Part shown: in pieces, positions 49,532 through 58,128 of the stretch
Layout: the number at the start of each line of letters is the position of its first letter
Position numbering within the stretch: position 1 is the stretch's first letter
Sequence record: OR844650.1
Length of the DNA: 64,000 nucleotides
Direction: 5' to 3' (one strand)
Translations under genes and position numbers: made by a program
Notes under the pieces: generated by a model
The model's input: the letters and a program-made list of their open reading frames with translations, nothing else
Told to the model about the DNA's origin: nothing
Databases searched by the model: none

Positions 49532-49791
49532 TTCTTAGTACACCTCAGTGGTTGGGTCATTTGATGAAAGTACAGCTTACCTCTGATTTCCAGTAGCAAC
49601 TCCGCGATTAAGCGATTTACTTCTGTATCTTGATAGTTTGTTCCTAAGAATACACCCATCTTTAACTCACGCATCATAATCATTTTCTTACTGTGTTGAA
49701 TTTCTGGGTTGTGATAGATTGTATTACGTTTGTGCGTAATTTTTGTCATACGCTCGGTATATTCATCTTTACTTAAATTGATCATTTGCAT
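49528..49791 (-). CDS. family B small protein
   Basis: FLGTNYQDT. Confidence 0.75.
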   Translation of the reverse strand: MQMINLSKDEYTERMTKITHKRNTIYHNPEIQHSKKMIMMRELKMGVFLGTNYQDTEVNRLIAELLLEIRGKLYFHQMTQPLRCTKK

Positions 49792-49820
49792 GTTAATTAC
49801 CCTTACATTTATTTTCAATA

Positions 49821-50060
49821 CTATTCTTTAGTTTGTAGATATAGTTTTCTTCCAATGTATCTCTTAAGTGCGATTATGTATTCATCTACATAATACTCCT
49901 GATAGTTTGTTCCTATGAATGCACCCACCTTTAACTCAAGTTTCATAATCATCTTATTTCCGTGTTTAATGACTTCTCCGTGATGGATTTCATTAAGTCC
50001 AGGTGCAATTTTTACCAGGCGTTCTTTATATTTTGCTTGAGATAATTTAATCATTTTCAT
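49821..50060 (-). CDS. family B small protein
   Basis: FIGTNYQEY. Confidence 0.75.
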   Translation of the reverse strand: MKMIKLSQAKYKERLVKIAPGLNEIHHGEVIKHGNKMIMKLELKVGAFIGTNYQEYYVDEYIIALKRYIGRKLYLQTKE

Positions 50061-50061
50061 G

Positions 50062-50292
50062 TTAATTACCCTTACATTTATTTTCAATACTATTCATGAG
50101 TTCTATAAGATAGTTTTCTACCTTACCTTCCTGATAGTTAGTCCCTAGGAAGTTGCACAACACGGCTTCTATGATTTTGATTTTCCTGATATCAGGCTTC
50201 AATCTTTTGTTATTGAATATTTGAATCCTTATATCTCTGGATGCATTTAAACGTTTTTGATATTCATGGTAAGTTAAATTAATCATTTTCAT
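50062..50292 (-). CDS. family B small protein
   Basis: FLGTNYQEG. Confidence 0.75.
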   Translation of the reverse strand: MKMINLTYHEYQKRLNASRDIRIQIFNNKRLKPDIRKIKIIEAVLCNFLGTNYQEGKVENYLIELMNSIENKCKGN

Positions 50293-50507
50293 TTACGTTT
50301 AACCTCTCGCTGGAGGGCATCAATTAACATCAGTACAGCATTCTCTTGATAGTTTGTTCCTAAGACTGAAAGCATCTTTATCTCATTTACTAAAATCAAC
50401 TTCTTTGAGGGTTCAATAATGTGACTATCATAAACGGCCTTACGTGCTGGATAAGTTTTCGCCAGTATAACATAAAATTCGTCTTTACTTAAATTAATCA
50501 TTTGCAT
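50289..50507 (-). CDS. family B small protein
   Basis: VLGTNYQEN. Confidence 0.75.
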   Translation of the reverse strand: MQMINLSKDEFYVILAKTYPARKAVYDSHIIEPSKKLILVNEIKMLSVLGTNYQENAVLMLIDALQREVKRK

Positions 50508-50716
50508 TTACTTTTAACCTCTTTCTGTAGAGCGTCAATCCATAGATCCACATACATTTGTTGATAGTTTGTGCCTAAGAGTGTTAAGACATAAAGTTCA
50601 GTTATCATTATATACTTTCGTTCTTCGGCAATTCTTTTATCCTTTTGAATCATTCTCCTTCTGATTCCACAGGTTTGTAGAAGCTTAACATATTCGAAAC
50701 CTATTAATTTTCTCAT
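50498..50716 (-). CDS. family B small protein
   Basis: LLGTNYQQM. Confidence 0.75.
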   Translation of the reverse strand: MRKLIGFEYVKLLQTCGIRRRMIQKDKRIAEERKYIMITELYVLTLLGTNYQQMYVDLWIDALQKEVKSKCK

Positions 50717-50928
50717 TTTAAACTCACCGACTTCAGACGTAAGCTGCTTAACCATGCGTCTATGTAGATACTTTGATAGTTTGTCCCAATGAAGAGTAAT
50801 AGCTTCATTTCAGCTATTATAACACATCGGTCCGCTTCTGCAATAGAATTATCTAAAAAAGTCCACGAGACTTTTCCTTGTATAGTTCTTAACCTATTGT
50901 AATACTCATGCTCAGTCAGGATTTTCAT
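50713..50928 (-). CDS. family B small protein
   Basis: FIGTNYQSI. Confidence 0.75.
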   Translation of the reverse strand: MKILTEHEYYNRLRTIQGKVSWTFLDNSIAEADRCVIIAEMKLLLFIGTNYQSIYIDAWLSSLRLKSVSLK

Positions 50929-51163
50929 TCTCACGTCTCCATATCTCGGTTCTAATGTGTTGGCAGTGTGCATCGATGAACATATCTATAGATTTGGTAA
51001 TTGCTGTTTTATCAGTGCCTGTCATCAGTACAAGCATCTCTGCCTCACTATGAATTAAACGCATGATATCATAGGGTAATATTTCAGATACAGTGTCATA
51101 GTGTTTCTGTGCCAGTGTCTGTAATAGTTTACAATACATTTTGTGATTTAGTCTGTGTCGCAT
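50912..51163 (-). CDS. family B small protein (degenerate)
   Basis: MTGTDKTAI. Confidence 0.65.
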   Translation of the reverse strand: MRHRLNHKMYCKLLQTLAQKHYDTVSEILPYDIMRLIHSEAEMLVLMTGTDKTAITKSIDMFIDAHCQHIRTEIWRRENENPD

Positions 51164-51399
51164 TGTTTATTCCATTCTCTTCTGGCTTGACGGGTTTTAT
51201 CTGATATTTCGTTTCTCAATGCAGCGATATATCGTAGAGTGAACAGTTCTTGATAGTTAGTCCCTATGAATTTATTAAGATATACATCAGCGTTGACGAT
51301 ATCAGCTTCACGGGAATTATAAAGTTTATTGTTCGTGCGGAGGGTGTTTAGAAGAGAGAAGAGGGCAGTCTGATACTCCACTCCTGATAAAATCTTCAT
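51148..51399 (-). CDS. family B small protein
   Basis: FIGTNYQEL. Confidence 0.75.
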   Translation of the reverse strand: MKILSGVEYQTALFSLLNTLRTNNKLYNSREADIVNADVYLNKFIGTNYQELFTLRYIAALRNEISDKTRQARREWNKQCDTD

Positions 51400-51640
51400 G
51401 TTTTGTGAGCAAATAATCATCTAGTTTATCCTGTATAACATTCGTTAATTGTTCGATATATTCTGTGCAAAACTTATCTTGATATTGAGTCCCCATAAAG
51501 TACAGCAACCATAGCTCATTAACTTTAGCTCGCATTTGGTTCCATGTAAGGCTGGGGTCACCGTAGACTATCCTTGTGATGGGGGTTAGTTTACGAATTA
51601 TAGTTTCAAATTCATCATCAGTTAAGTGTTTCATTTGCAT
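51326..51640 (-). CDS. family B small protein
   Basis: FMGTQYQDK. Confidence 0.75.
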   Translation of the reverse strand: MQMKHLTDDEFETIIRKLTPITRIVYGDPSLTWNQMRAKVNELWLLYFMGTQYQDKFCTEYIEQLTNVIQDKLDDYLLTKHEDFIRSGVSDCPLLSSKHPPHEQ

Positions 51641-51849
51641 TTGTCCCTTATTAAATCAGTGAGGGCAACTATGTGTGCAATAACATACTCTTCCTGGAAG
51701 TTCGTCCCCAGTACAGCCATCATGCGTTTATCGGTGGTGTTTATCCTGTGTTCCCTTACACATAAACCTTCTTTGTGAGGAAGTGTAAAATATTTGTTTA
51801 TTGCAGCTATGATAATTTTATTCTTCTCTATATTACTTAAATGTTTCAT
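51631..51849 (-). CDS. family B small protein
   Basis: VLGTNFQEE. Confidence 0.75.
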   Translation of the reverse strand: MKHLSNIEKNKIIIAAINKYFTLPHKEGLCVREHRINTTDKRMMAVLGTNFQEEYVIAHIVALTDLIRDKCK

Positions 51850-52058
51850 AGTTTACTCTTAATGTAGTTCTGAAGTTCAATTAAGTATTTCCCTACATAA
51901 TACTCCTGAAAGTCTGTATCCAAAAATGCACCCATAAGTAAATCCTTCTCCATTGCCCTTGATAAGTTAAGGTCTGCATTTGAAAGGTATATAAGTAATA
52001 TTTCAGTCTGGACAGAATTAAAACGTTTCTTATATTCTTCAGGTGTTAATATAATCAT
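51846..52058 (-). CDS. family B small protein
   Basis: FLDTDFQEY. Confidence 0.75.
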   Translation of the reverse strand: MIILTPEEYKKRFNSVQTEILLIYLSNADLNLSRAMEKDLLMGAFLDTDFQEYYVGKYLIELQNYIKSKL

Positions 52059-52270
52059 AATTTGCTCCTGATGTATTTCTCAAGAGATGACAAATACTTT
52101 TCCTCATAATACTCCTGATAGTCTGTTCCCAAGAATGCACCCAAAAGTATTTCATTTTCCAATACCTCGGCTAAGTTTAAATCAGACGTCTCTTCGTATA
52201 TTATGAGGATTTCAAGTTGTCTGGCAGCGATGCGTTCAGTATATTGATATGAGTTTTCTATAATAATCAT
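52055..52270 (-). CDS. family B small protein
   Basis: FLGTDYQEY. Confidence 0.75.
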   Translation of the reverse strand: MIIIENSYQYTERIAARQLEILIIYEETSDLNLAEVLENEILLGAFLGTDYQEYYEEKYLSSLEKYIRSKL

Positions 52271-52476
52271 ATTTTACTCTTAATATCTTCTATTAAAAAT
52301 CGAATCCATTCTTCAACATAATCTTCCTGATGGTTTGTGTTCAGTACAGCCAACATGCGGATCTCTGCTCTTGCAACTTCAATTTCAGTTTTAGGCAGGT
52401 CTTTGCTGATATCCACCATTAAGTCCATGTATTTCAAGATAAGACCGTATGATTGGGTTCGTGTTATAGTTTTCAT
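52267..52476 (-). CDS. family B small protein
   Basis: VLNTNHQED. Confidence 0.75.
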   Translation of the reverse strand: MKTITRTQSYGLILKYMDLMVDISKDLPKTEIEVARAEIRMLAVLNTNHQEDYVEEWIRFLIEDIKSKI

Positions 52477-52673
52477 TGTTTCCTCGTGGACAATATTTTA
52501 TTTTTCAATGTATCCATATATTGCCACACCCATCTACCCTGATAGTTTGTTCCCAATGTAATCAAAAGGTATAACTCCATTCGTTCTACGTGTGTGTCTG
52601 TGTTGTAAATCTTTACGTAGTTTTTACGTAACAGTGATTGATATTCTTCTTTATTTAAAATACGCATTTTCAT
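52473..52673 (-). CDS. family B small protein
   Basis: TLGTNYQGR. Confidence 0.75.
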   Translation of the reverse strand: MKMRILNKEEYQSLLRKNYVKIYNTDTHVERMELYLLITLGTNYQGRWVWQYMDTLKNKILSTRKQ

Positions 52674-52867
52674 AGTTTACTCGTTATATCTTCAATTAAA
52701 TACCAAATCCAATCGTTGACATACCTTTCCTGAAAGTTAGTTCCAATGAATAGTGCCATAATTAATTCACGCTTATAGGCAATACCACGGTCATGGGACT
52801 TATACATTATCATAGCCATGTTATTGATAAGTCTTTCGTGGTGCTGTTCTTTAGTTAAAATACGCAT
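52670..52867 (-). CDS. family B small protein (first of the array)
   Basis: FIGTNFQER; GGGAG RBS before MRILTK. Confidence 0.75.
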   Translation of the reverse strand: MRILTKEQHHERLINNMAMIMYKSHDRGIAYKRELIMALFIGTNFQERYVNDWIWYLIEDITSKL

Positions 52868-52897
52868 AGGGACTCCCTTAAAATTAATATCAATCAT

Positions 52898-52925
52898 ATT
52901 TTATACGATTCATATAAAAAGTCAA
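52898..52925 (-). promoter_or_regulatory. putative sigma70 promoter for the family B array
   Basis: TTGACT-16-TAAAAT. Confidence 0.5.
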
Positions 52926-53022
52926 TAACATTTTATTCGTAATACCCCTTTATCGAAGTCGCTAAGGTTACCCGCCCTTTAGCCCCCTACGCATTTTGCC
53001 ATAGTCCAATCCCTTTTATTTC

Positions 53023-53088
53023 AAAAAAGTCAAGGGATTACCTATGCATTTTTTTAACGCATAATTTTAAAAACGCCTTGACTTTTTT
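53023..53088. repeat. 13-bp perfect inverted repeat at the module boundary
   Basis: AAAAAAGTCAAGG (53023-53035) / CCTTGACTTTTTT (53076-53088), inner TATGC/GCATA. Confidence 0.75.
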
Positions 53089-53116
53089 CTGAATCAGTAC
53101 TAGATCCCTTTACGCA

Positions 53117-53326
53117 TTAATCCTTCGTTACGCTAACGATTATCTGTGTATCCCCGTAGTCCTGCCATACTTCCACGCCATCGGTCGCCCTGGTTAGTCG
53201 TGCTGTCATCTGCTTAATGGTCTTAGGCTTTAGTGGAACCTGTTGCAGTACTGTACGCATAGCATCATTGACGTTATCATGTACGCCTGCAATAGTACCT
53301 AGAACGCTGTATACTGTATAGAACAT
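53117..53326 (-). CDS. early-region hypothetical protein
   Basis: AGGAGG RBS, GC hairpin AGGCCGC/GCGGCCT in the leader. Confidence 0.7.
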   Translation of the reverse strand: MFYTVYSVLGTIAGVHDNVNDAMRTVLQQVPLKPKTIKQMTARLTRATDGVEVWQDYGDTQIIVSVTKD

Positions 53327-53394
53327 ATGTATGCCCTCCTGATATAGTTAAGGCCGCTACAAGGCGGCCTATGATGTTTGGTGATGTGTAACGC

Positions 53395-53796
53395 TTACAG
53401 TCCTAAGATAGTGCGTGCTTCGTTACGTTCCGTACACAGCTGCATGATGTGAGCAAGTAAGTCCTTGCTAATGTATCCGGTGTTCATAGCTTCACGAATA
53501 GATACATCATAAGCACCGAACCCCGTGCGAACGATACGCACATCATTCAGGTTAGTATTATAGATACCGCCGAGATCAACGGCTTCGAATACTACATCAA
53601 CAGAATATTCATTGTTGCCATCGTGGAAGTTTTCCAGTGCAATAGTATTGGATACCGCCCAACGTTTGCAGTTTCCAATGATGCGGCACTGTTCCGGTTG
53701 GATAGTACCATTACTTACAGCGTACTCCAGTGCATCTTTACCGAAAGTCCGAGCCAGTACTAAAACGTCAGCGAAGGAATTGATTGAGAAGGTCAT
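53395..53796 (-). CDS. early-region hypothetical protein
   Basis: Start moved to MTFSIN, downstream of a promoter-stem-loop cassette. Confidence 0.75.
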   Translation of the reverse strand: MTFSINSFADVLVLARTFGKDALEYAVSNGTIQPEQCRIIGNCKRWAVSNTIALENFHDGNNEYSVDVVFEAVDLGGIYNTNLNDVRIVRTGFGAYDVSIREAMNTGYISKDLLAHIMQLCTERNEARTILGL

Positions 53797-53885
53797 GATA
53801 AAACTCCTTAATTTAGGAGGGAGAACCATTTCCCCCTCTCTATGTAAAACATTATACTTGATTCTAAGTACTATGCAAGTACTTT

Positions 53886-54218
53886 TTACATTTTAATACC
53901 TGGATTCAGATAGCGGTGAGAACCATATTCTGGATCGGTTTCGGTCCAGTACTGTAAATCGATAGTACCTTTCGCGTTAATCTTGTCTACCAGCTTATTC
54001 ATCTTAGCGTATACTACGTCAGCATCGATGCGTTTAAAGCCAGTAGCTTTAGTGAAGTAGTAGTGATTTGCTTCACTATCATTAAGGATATACCGAGCAC
54101 CGTTTGCAGTCTGTGCGATAATGATTGAGTATTCTACTTCCCGATCCAGACCGTCGATGAATACAGATGAAACATTGGTACGGATGAAAGCTTTAACGAT
54201 AGCGATTGAAGTACTCAT
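53886..54218 (-). CDS. early-region hypothetical protein
   Basis: AGGAG RBS, own promoter at ~54272-54300. Confidence 0.75.
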   Translation of the reverse strand: MSTSIAIVKAFIRTNVSSVFIDGLDREVEYSIIIAQTANGARYILNDSEANHYYFTKATGFKRIDADVVYAKMNKLVDKINAKGTIDLQYWTETDPEYGSHRYLNPGIKM

Positions 54219-54368
54219 TTTGAATCTCCTAACTTTGTGGGCCGTCGCACCATTGCCGCCCTACGAGATACATTATTGCAGTACTGATATACTTTGTCAA
54301 TACTTTTTTTATTAATAGTTTTCACCCCACCAGCAGATAGTTACTCACCGTTATTAACTATATATTTT

Positions 54369-54452
54369 AGATACACTCCTGCACCCAGTGGGCTAGTTTT
54401 TGTCTATGCGTATATAATAGCAAAGGGACTGACCGGAGTCAATCCCTTTTTT
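54369..54452. repeat. repeat element R2 copy 1 (type A)
   Basis: AGATACAC..GCACCC..TGGG..TATATAATAGCAAAGGGACTGACCGGAGTCAATCCCTTTT. Confidence 0.85.
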
Positions 54453-54464
54453 TATTCTTTTTTG

Positions 54465-54665
54465 TTAGATGATTCTCCAATCTTCTACGATCATGGTAAG
54501 ATAACGGACCATCGATTCAAGTGATTCGAATTCCCGATAGTCTGCCGCTCCACCAGCGGTACAAGTACAGCCGATTAAACCATTTTGTAATTCCTTAATC
54601 TGTACATCGATAAGGTTGGCTTTAGCTTCTTTCAGTACTTCAACCAGGGCGATAGCGATAGACAT
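54465..54665 (-). CDS. early-region hypothetical protein
   Basis: GGAG RBS after cassette. Confidence 0.7.
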   Translation of the reverse strand: MSIAIALVEVLKEAKANLIDVQIKELQNGLIGCTCTAGGAADYREFESLESMVRYLTMIVEDWRII

Positions 54666-54754
54666 AATGTTTTACTCCAAACTATTGACGGGAGAACTAT
54701 TCCCCCGCTCTATGTAAAACATTATACATTACTTGTTAGTACTGTCAAATAGTT

Positions 54755-55012
54755 TTATGAAATATCTTCGATGTAGTCGGCCCATTTCATTTTTTCAGTA
54801 CTGTCAATGGCTACCGGATTATTTGGATCAAACCATTCACCATTACCGCAGTACATACCAACGGCTACGGTTTTATAGCCATCCTGGGCCGTACTCCACG
54901 ACATTGCACGATAGATATGGCCTTTAACTGGTTGCAGTACTGGTAACGTTTTATGGTCTTCTACGTAGGCCATAGCTTGAGGATTTACCCGATATTGTGT
55001 GAATTGTTCCAT
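54755..55012 (-). CDS. early-region hypothetical protein
   Basis: AAGGG RBS, TTGACA promoter at ~55041-55069. Confidence 0.7.
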   Translation of the reverse strand: MEQFTQYRVNPQAMAYVEDHKTLPVLQPVKGHIYRAMSWSTAQDGYKTVAVGMYCGNGEWFDPNNPVAIDSTEKMKWADYIEDIS

Positions 55013-55088
55013 GATGTTTCCCCTTGTAGTTAGTAAAGTTATTACATCAGTACTATCAAGCTATGTCAATAGTACTGAAATAAAACTT

Positions 55089-55313
55089 TTAGATTAGATT
55101 ATTGATGCCGTTGATGGTAGACTCGCTTTCTTCTTTCTCCCATTGGCGGTAGTACTTCCATGCTTCATGATATGTGGCGATTAGTTCATCTTTTTGATCC
55201 TGAGTACATGCCAGTACTGAATCACGGTGAGCGGTGTTATAGATAGAATCGAATGATTTCTTCTCTTCTGCCAGGTTAGCTACTTCCCGCATCAGTTCAT
55301 CAAAGTTAGCCAT
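55089..55313 (-). CDS. early-region hypothetical protein (helical, acidic)
   Basis: AAGGAG RBS after cassette. Confidence 0.7.
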   Translation of the reverse strand: MANFDELMREVANLAEEKKSFDSIYNTAHRDSVLACTQDQKDELIATYHEAWKYYRQWEKEESESTINGINNLI

Positions 55314-55380
55314 TTTATTACTCCTTTTAGTGGGGGAGGATATCTCCCCCTATGCAAAACATTATACTTTGTTTTAGTTA

Positions 55381-55644
55381 TTATGCAAGTACTTTTTTCA
55401 TATAAAGATTATATTCTACACCGCCGTAACCTTCTACGATGATATGTTTTGCGTTATCACGTTTGCACATAGTGAAACCGTTGTTGATGTGTTCTGCATT
55501 TTCCAGGGCGACATCACCGATAGCGGCACATACGGCACTAATAACAGTATTCCGCAAAGTACTGGTATCATTAGCGGTCATAGTAGTTTGCAGTACTACG
55601 TTGTCGTATACGTGTGCATTGATAGTGATTTCGATAGTGTTCAT
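55381..55644 (-). CDS. early-region hypothetical protein
   Basis: AGGAG RBS after cassette. Confidence 0.7.
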   Translation of the reverse strand: MNTIEITINAHVYDNVVLQTTMTANDTSTLRNTVISAVCAAIGDVALENAEHINNGFTMCKRDNAKHIIVEGYGGVEYNLYMKKVLA

Positions 55645-55730
55645 GGTGTATCTCCTGGACTGGCGGGAGAACTATTCCCCCGCTCTATGTAAAACATTAT
55701 ACGTTAATCTAACTACAATGCAAGTACTTT

Positions 55731-55922
55731 TTAAATTTTATTTCCGATATAGTCCGGTCTATTCTTTTCGGTCATACGCTTTGCTAATGTTTGCATATGG
55801 CTTATTGCGTTTAATGTGTCTTCCTCCAGGGATGAATCAACATAATCAGGATCATTCTTCACCTTGCAATGATTATGATAGCGTAGTACTGCCAGTACTT
55901 TTTTAACTTCTTCTACTGTCAT
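55731..55922 (-). CDS. early-region hypothetical protein
   Basis: ATGA-coupled to the upstream gene. Confidence 0.65.
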   Translation of the reverse strand: MTVEEVKKVLAVLRYHNHCKVKNDPDYVDSSLEEDTLNAISHMQTLAKRMTEKNRPDYIGNKI

Positions 55923-56191
55923 AATAAGTACCCCACTTCGTTAGCTTTCAGGTTAGTATCAATCATCAGTGGATTTTTGTAGTTCACAAAACGATTAGTT
56001 TTCTCGATAGCGAATCCCATATAATCCAGCTTACTAACAGTACATTCATTCTTAAAAACTTCTTTCGCTGCATCGATGGCTGATTGCATGGATAACCGAC
56101 CATCTAAATTAATGTTTCCAAATGATCCACCAGCAGAAGTAGGATTACCGTTCATATCTTTAATGATCATAGTAGCGGAGTAGCTGGACAT
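55919..56191 (-). CDS. early-region hypothetical protein
   Basis: AAGG RBS after cassette. Confidence 0.7.
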   Translation of the reverse strand: MSSYSATMIIKDMNGNPTSAGGSFGNINLDGRLSMQSAIDAAKEVFKNECTVSKLDYMGFAIEKTNRFVNYKNPLMIDTNLKANEVGYLL

Positions 56192-56278
56192 AATTTTGTT
56201 TCCTTTTAGTATCGGGGAGAACTATTCTCCCCTTGATGTAAACTATTATACAGTACTGATATACTTTGTCAAATACTT

Positions 56279-56686
56279 TTATTCGCCCATATAGATTAGA
56301 TTATCATCGCCTACATAGGGATCGCAAACGTTGATTTCTTCGCAGTACTTAGTGAATACATCGCCATAGTGACCTAAACCACGATCCCAAAAACCAGTTC
56401 CGTGACCTTCGCGGGTAAGGAACAGATCATGACCAGCTTGCTCATAACCGTAATCAATAAACATACCGCGAACTACTTCCAGATCATTACCGTGTTTCTC
56501 AATGAAGCGAGAACATGCAATCACCGCCGCTTGACGTGCTTCATCAGATAACTCATAATCTTCCAGGTAATCGCCGTTATCATTATGTACAGTACTGAAT
56601 TGCATAGCTTCAATGTAAGCTACAACCATTGCAGCATGATTTTTATCGTTAGTGATGTTCCGAGCGAGATTAGTAGTAGTAGACAT
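56279..56686 (-). CDS. conserved phage hypothetical protein (GHDxxLTRxGHGxGFWDR motif)
   Basis: Motif recalled as widespread in phage early regions; function unknown. Confidence 0.7.
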   Translation of the reverse strand: MSTTTNLARNITNDKNHAAMVVAYIEAMQFSTVHNDNGDYLEDYELSDEARQAAVIACSRFIEKHGNDLEVVRGMFIDYGYEQAGHDLFLTREGHGTGFWDRGLGHYGDVFTKYCEEINVCDPYVGDDNLIYMGE

Positions 56687-56769
56687 GATTTTATTCCTTA
56701 TTGTATTGGGGAGAACTATTCTCCCCTTGATGTAAACTATTATACAGTACTGATATACTTTGTCAATAC

Positions 56770-56991
56770 TTAATTACGTTTAAAATGATATGTGCCTTTA
56801 TCATCCTGTACGCCCCACACTGATTTACCATCAACACCAGTGAAACCGGATTGTAATTCAATATGGAAACCATTATTATCAACTACAAAAACTTTTTTAT
56901 TTTCATCCCGATAACATTGATATTCTGAATCAACATTAAAGGCCGCATCATTCAGAAGATTGGAAGCGTAAATGCAAGTCATTGTAGTCAT
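56770..56991 (-). CDS. early-region hypothetical protein
   Basis: Start moved to MTTMTC after cassette. Confidence 0.7.
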   Translation of the reverse strand: MTTMTCIYASNLLNDAAFNVDSEYQCYRDENKKVFVVDNNGFHIELQSGFTGVDGKSVWGVQDDKGTYHFKRN

Positions 56992-57084
56992 GATTTTATT
57001 CCTTATTACCAGGGAGAACCATTTCCCCCTCTCTATGTAAAACATTATACTTGATTCTAAGTACAATGCAAGTACTTTTTATCA

Positions 57085-57204
57085 AATAGTTTTCAGTACT
57101 GAATACTTATATAATAGATACACTTCCGCACCCTATGGGTCAGTGAGTTATCTCTCAATGAATATATAATAGCAAAGGGACTGACCGGAGTCAATCCCTT
57201 TTTT
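57085..57204. repeat. repeat element R2 copy 2 (type B)
   Basis: AAATAGTTTTCAGTACT..AGATACAC..GCACCC..TCTCTCAATGAATATATAATAGCAAAGGGACTGACCGGAGTCAATCCC. Confidence 0.85.
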
Positions 57205-57212
57205 AATCTTTT

Positions 57213-57797
57213 TTATCGTGTTACCTTACTTGCTTCTACATCACGCTTTTTATAGTACTGATTCCAGATATTGCGGGTTAAACCGTAATCAAGTACTTTA
57301 ATAAGGCCGTTGCGATCCTGGCCGATATTCTGTTTTCTGATATCTCTTATCGTTAGTGTTGACAGTGTATCATCAACGTGTTGTAGTGCATCAGCAAAGC
57401 GGTGCTGGCGTTCAATTGCATTACGTTTAATATTGTACTTTAATTCGTTGCACGCGTTAACGTGCTTTACACTGCCTTTACTTGCAGTACTCAACCGATC
57501 CATAACGATAAACATATTATCAGGATCGCATAAATGCATATGCACCTTTGCAAAGTACTGTTTCAATTGAGGGCGGTCATAGTCTAAAAAATTCCATACC
57601 TTACATTCAGTTTCATTTTGTTCTACACCCGCATCACAATTGGCGACCTTAATCACTAACCGATCATTTAAAGCGAATACAATACGGGAAGAACCCGCAC
57701 CGATGATCTCCAGACCAGCTAACCGACAAGCTGAAAGGATCTCTTTGTTGGTTTCCATTTCTGACAGGGTACGGATGAATTTAGTATAATTACGCAT
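57213..57797 (-). CDS. minimal protein-kinase-fold protein (putative Ser/Thr kinase)
   Basis: GAGSSR loop, VIK Lys, EQNETE helix C, DIRKQN catalytic loop, LDYG; start moved to MRNYT after AAGGAG. Confidence 0.75.
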   Translation of the reverse strand: MRNYTKFIRTLSEMETNKEILSACRLAGLEIIGAGSSRIVFALNDRLVIKVANCDAGVEQNETECKVWNFLDYDRPQLKQYFAKVHMHLCDPDNMFIVMDRLSTASKGSVKHVNACNELKYNIKRNAIERQHRFADALQHVDDTLSTLTIRDIRKQNIGQDRNGLIKVLDYGLTRNIWNQYYKKRDVEASKVTR

Positions 57798-57828
57798 TGC
57801 ATGTTCTCCTTGAGTTAATGAAACTATC

Positions 57829-58071
57829 TTACAGTACTTTACTATCAATGGCAACCACTTTTTTCACACTAACCGCGTGAATCACTTCCTTAGTGTTTTT
57901 AGTACTGAATACTTTCGCTGTTCCTTGTTCTACTGCAATGCGATAACGACCGTTAACATCAACCATATTAATAAAGTCCGGTGTACTAAACCGAGTAGTA
58001 CGGCATTTCAGTACTGTTAACAGTTCCACCAGCGATGTAGTTTCTTTGATACGTTTTTCTAAAGTAATCAT
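57829..58071 (-). CDS. early-region hypothetical protein
   Basis: Start moved to MITLEK; promoter TTGACA-17-TACTAT. Confidence 0.65.
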   Translation of the reverse strand: MITLEKRIKETTSLVELLTVLKCRTTRFSTPDFINMVDVNGRYRIAVEQGTAKVFSTKNTKEVIHAVSVKKVVAIDSKVL

Positions 58072-58128
58072 TTTGTTTTCCCCGTGTTGGTATGTACATA
58101 TAGTACTAAAACATTTGAGTACTGTCAA

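Larger units (their letters stand above)
46896..52867 (-). repeat. tandem array of 27 family B paralogous genes
   Basis: Every consecutive minus-strand ORF carries a (G/D/N)T-x-x-(Q/T) core, mostly LGTNYQE. Confidence 0.9.

Noticed and set aside
17641-52867. Diversity-generating retroelement behind the paralog arrays
   Set aside because: No reverse transcriptase or TR/VR pair in the window; divergence is not adenine-specific
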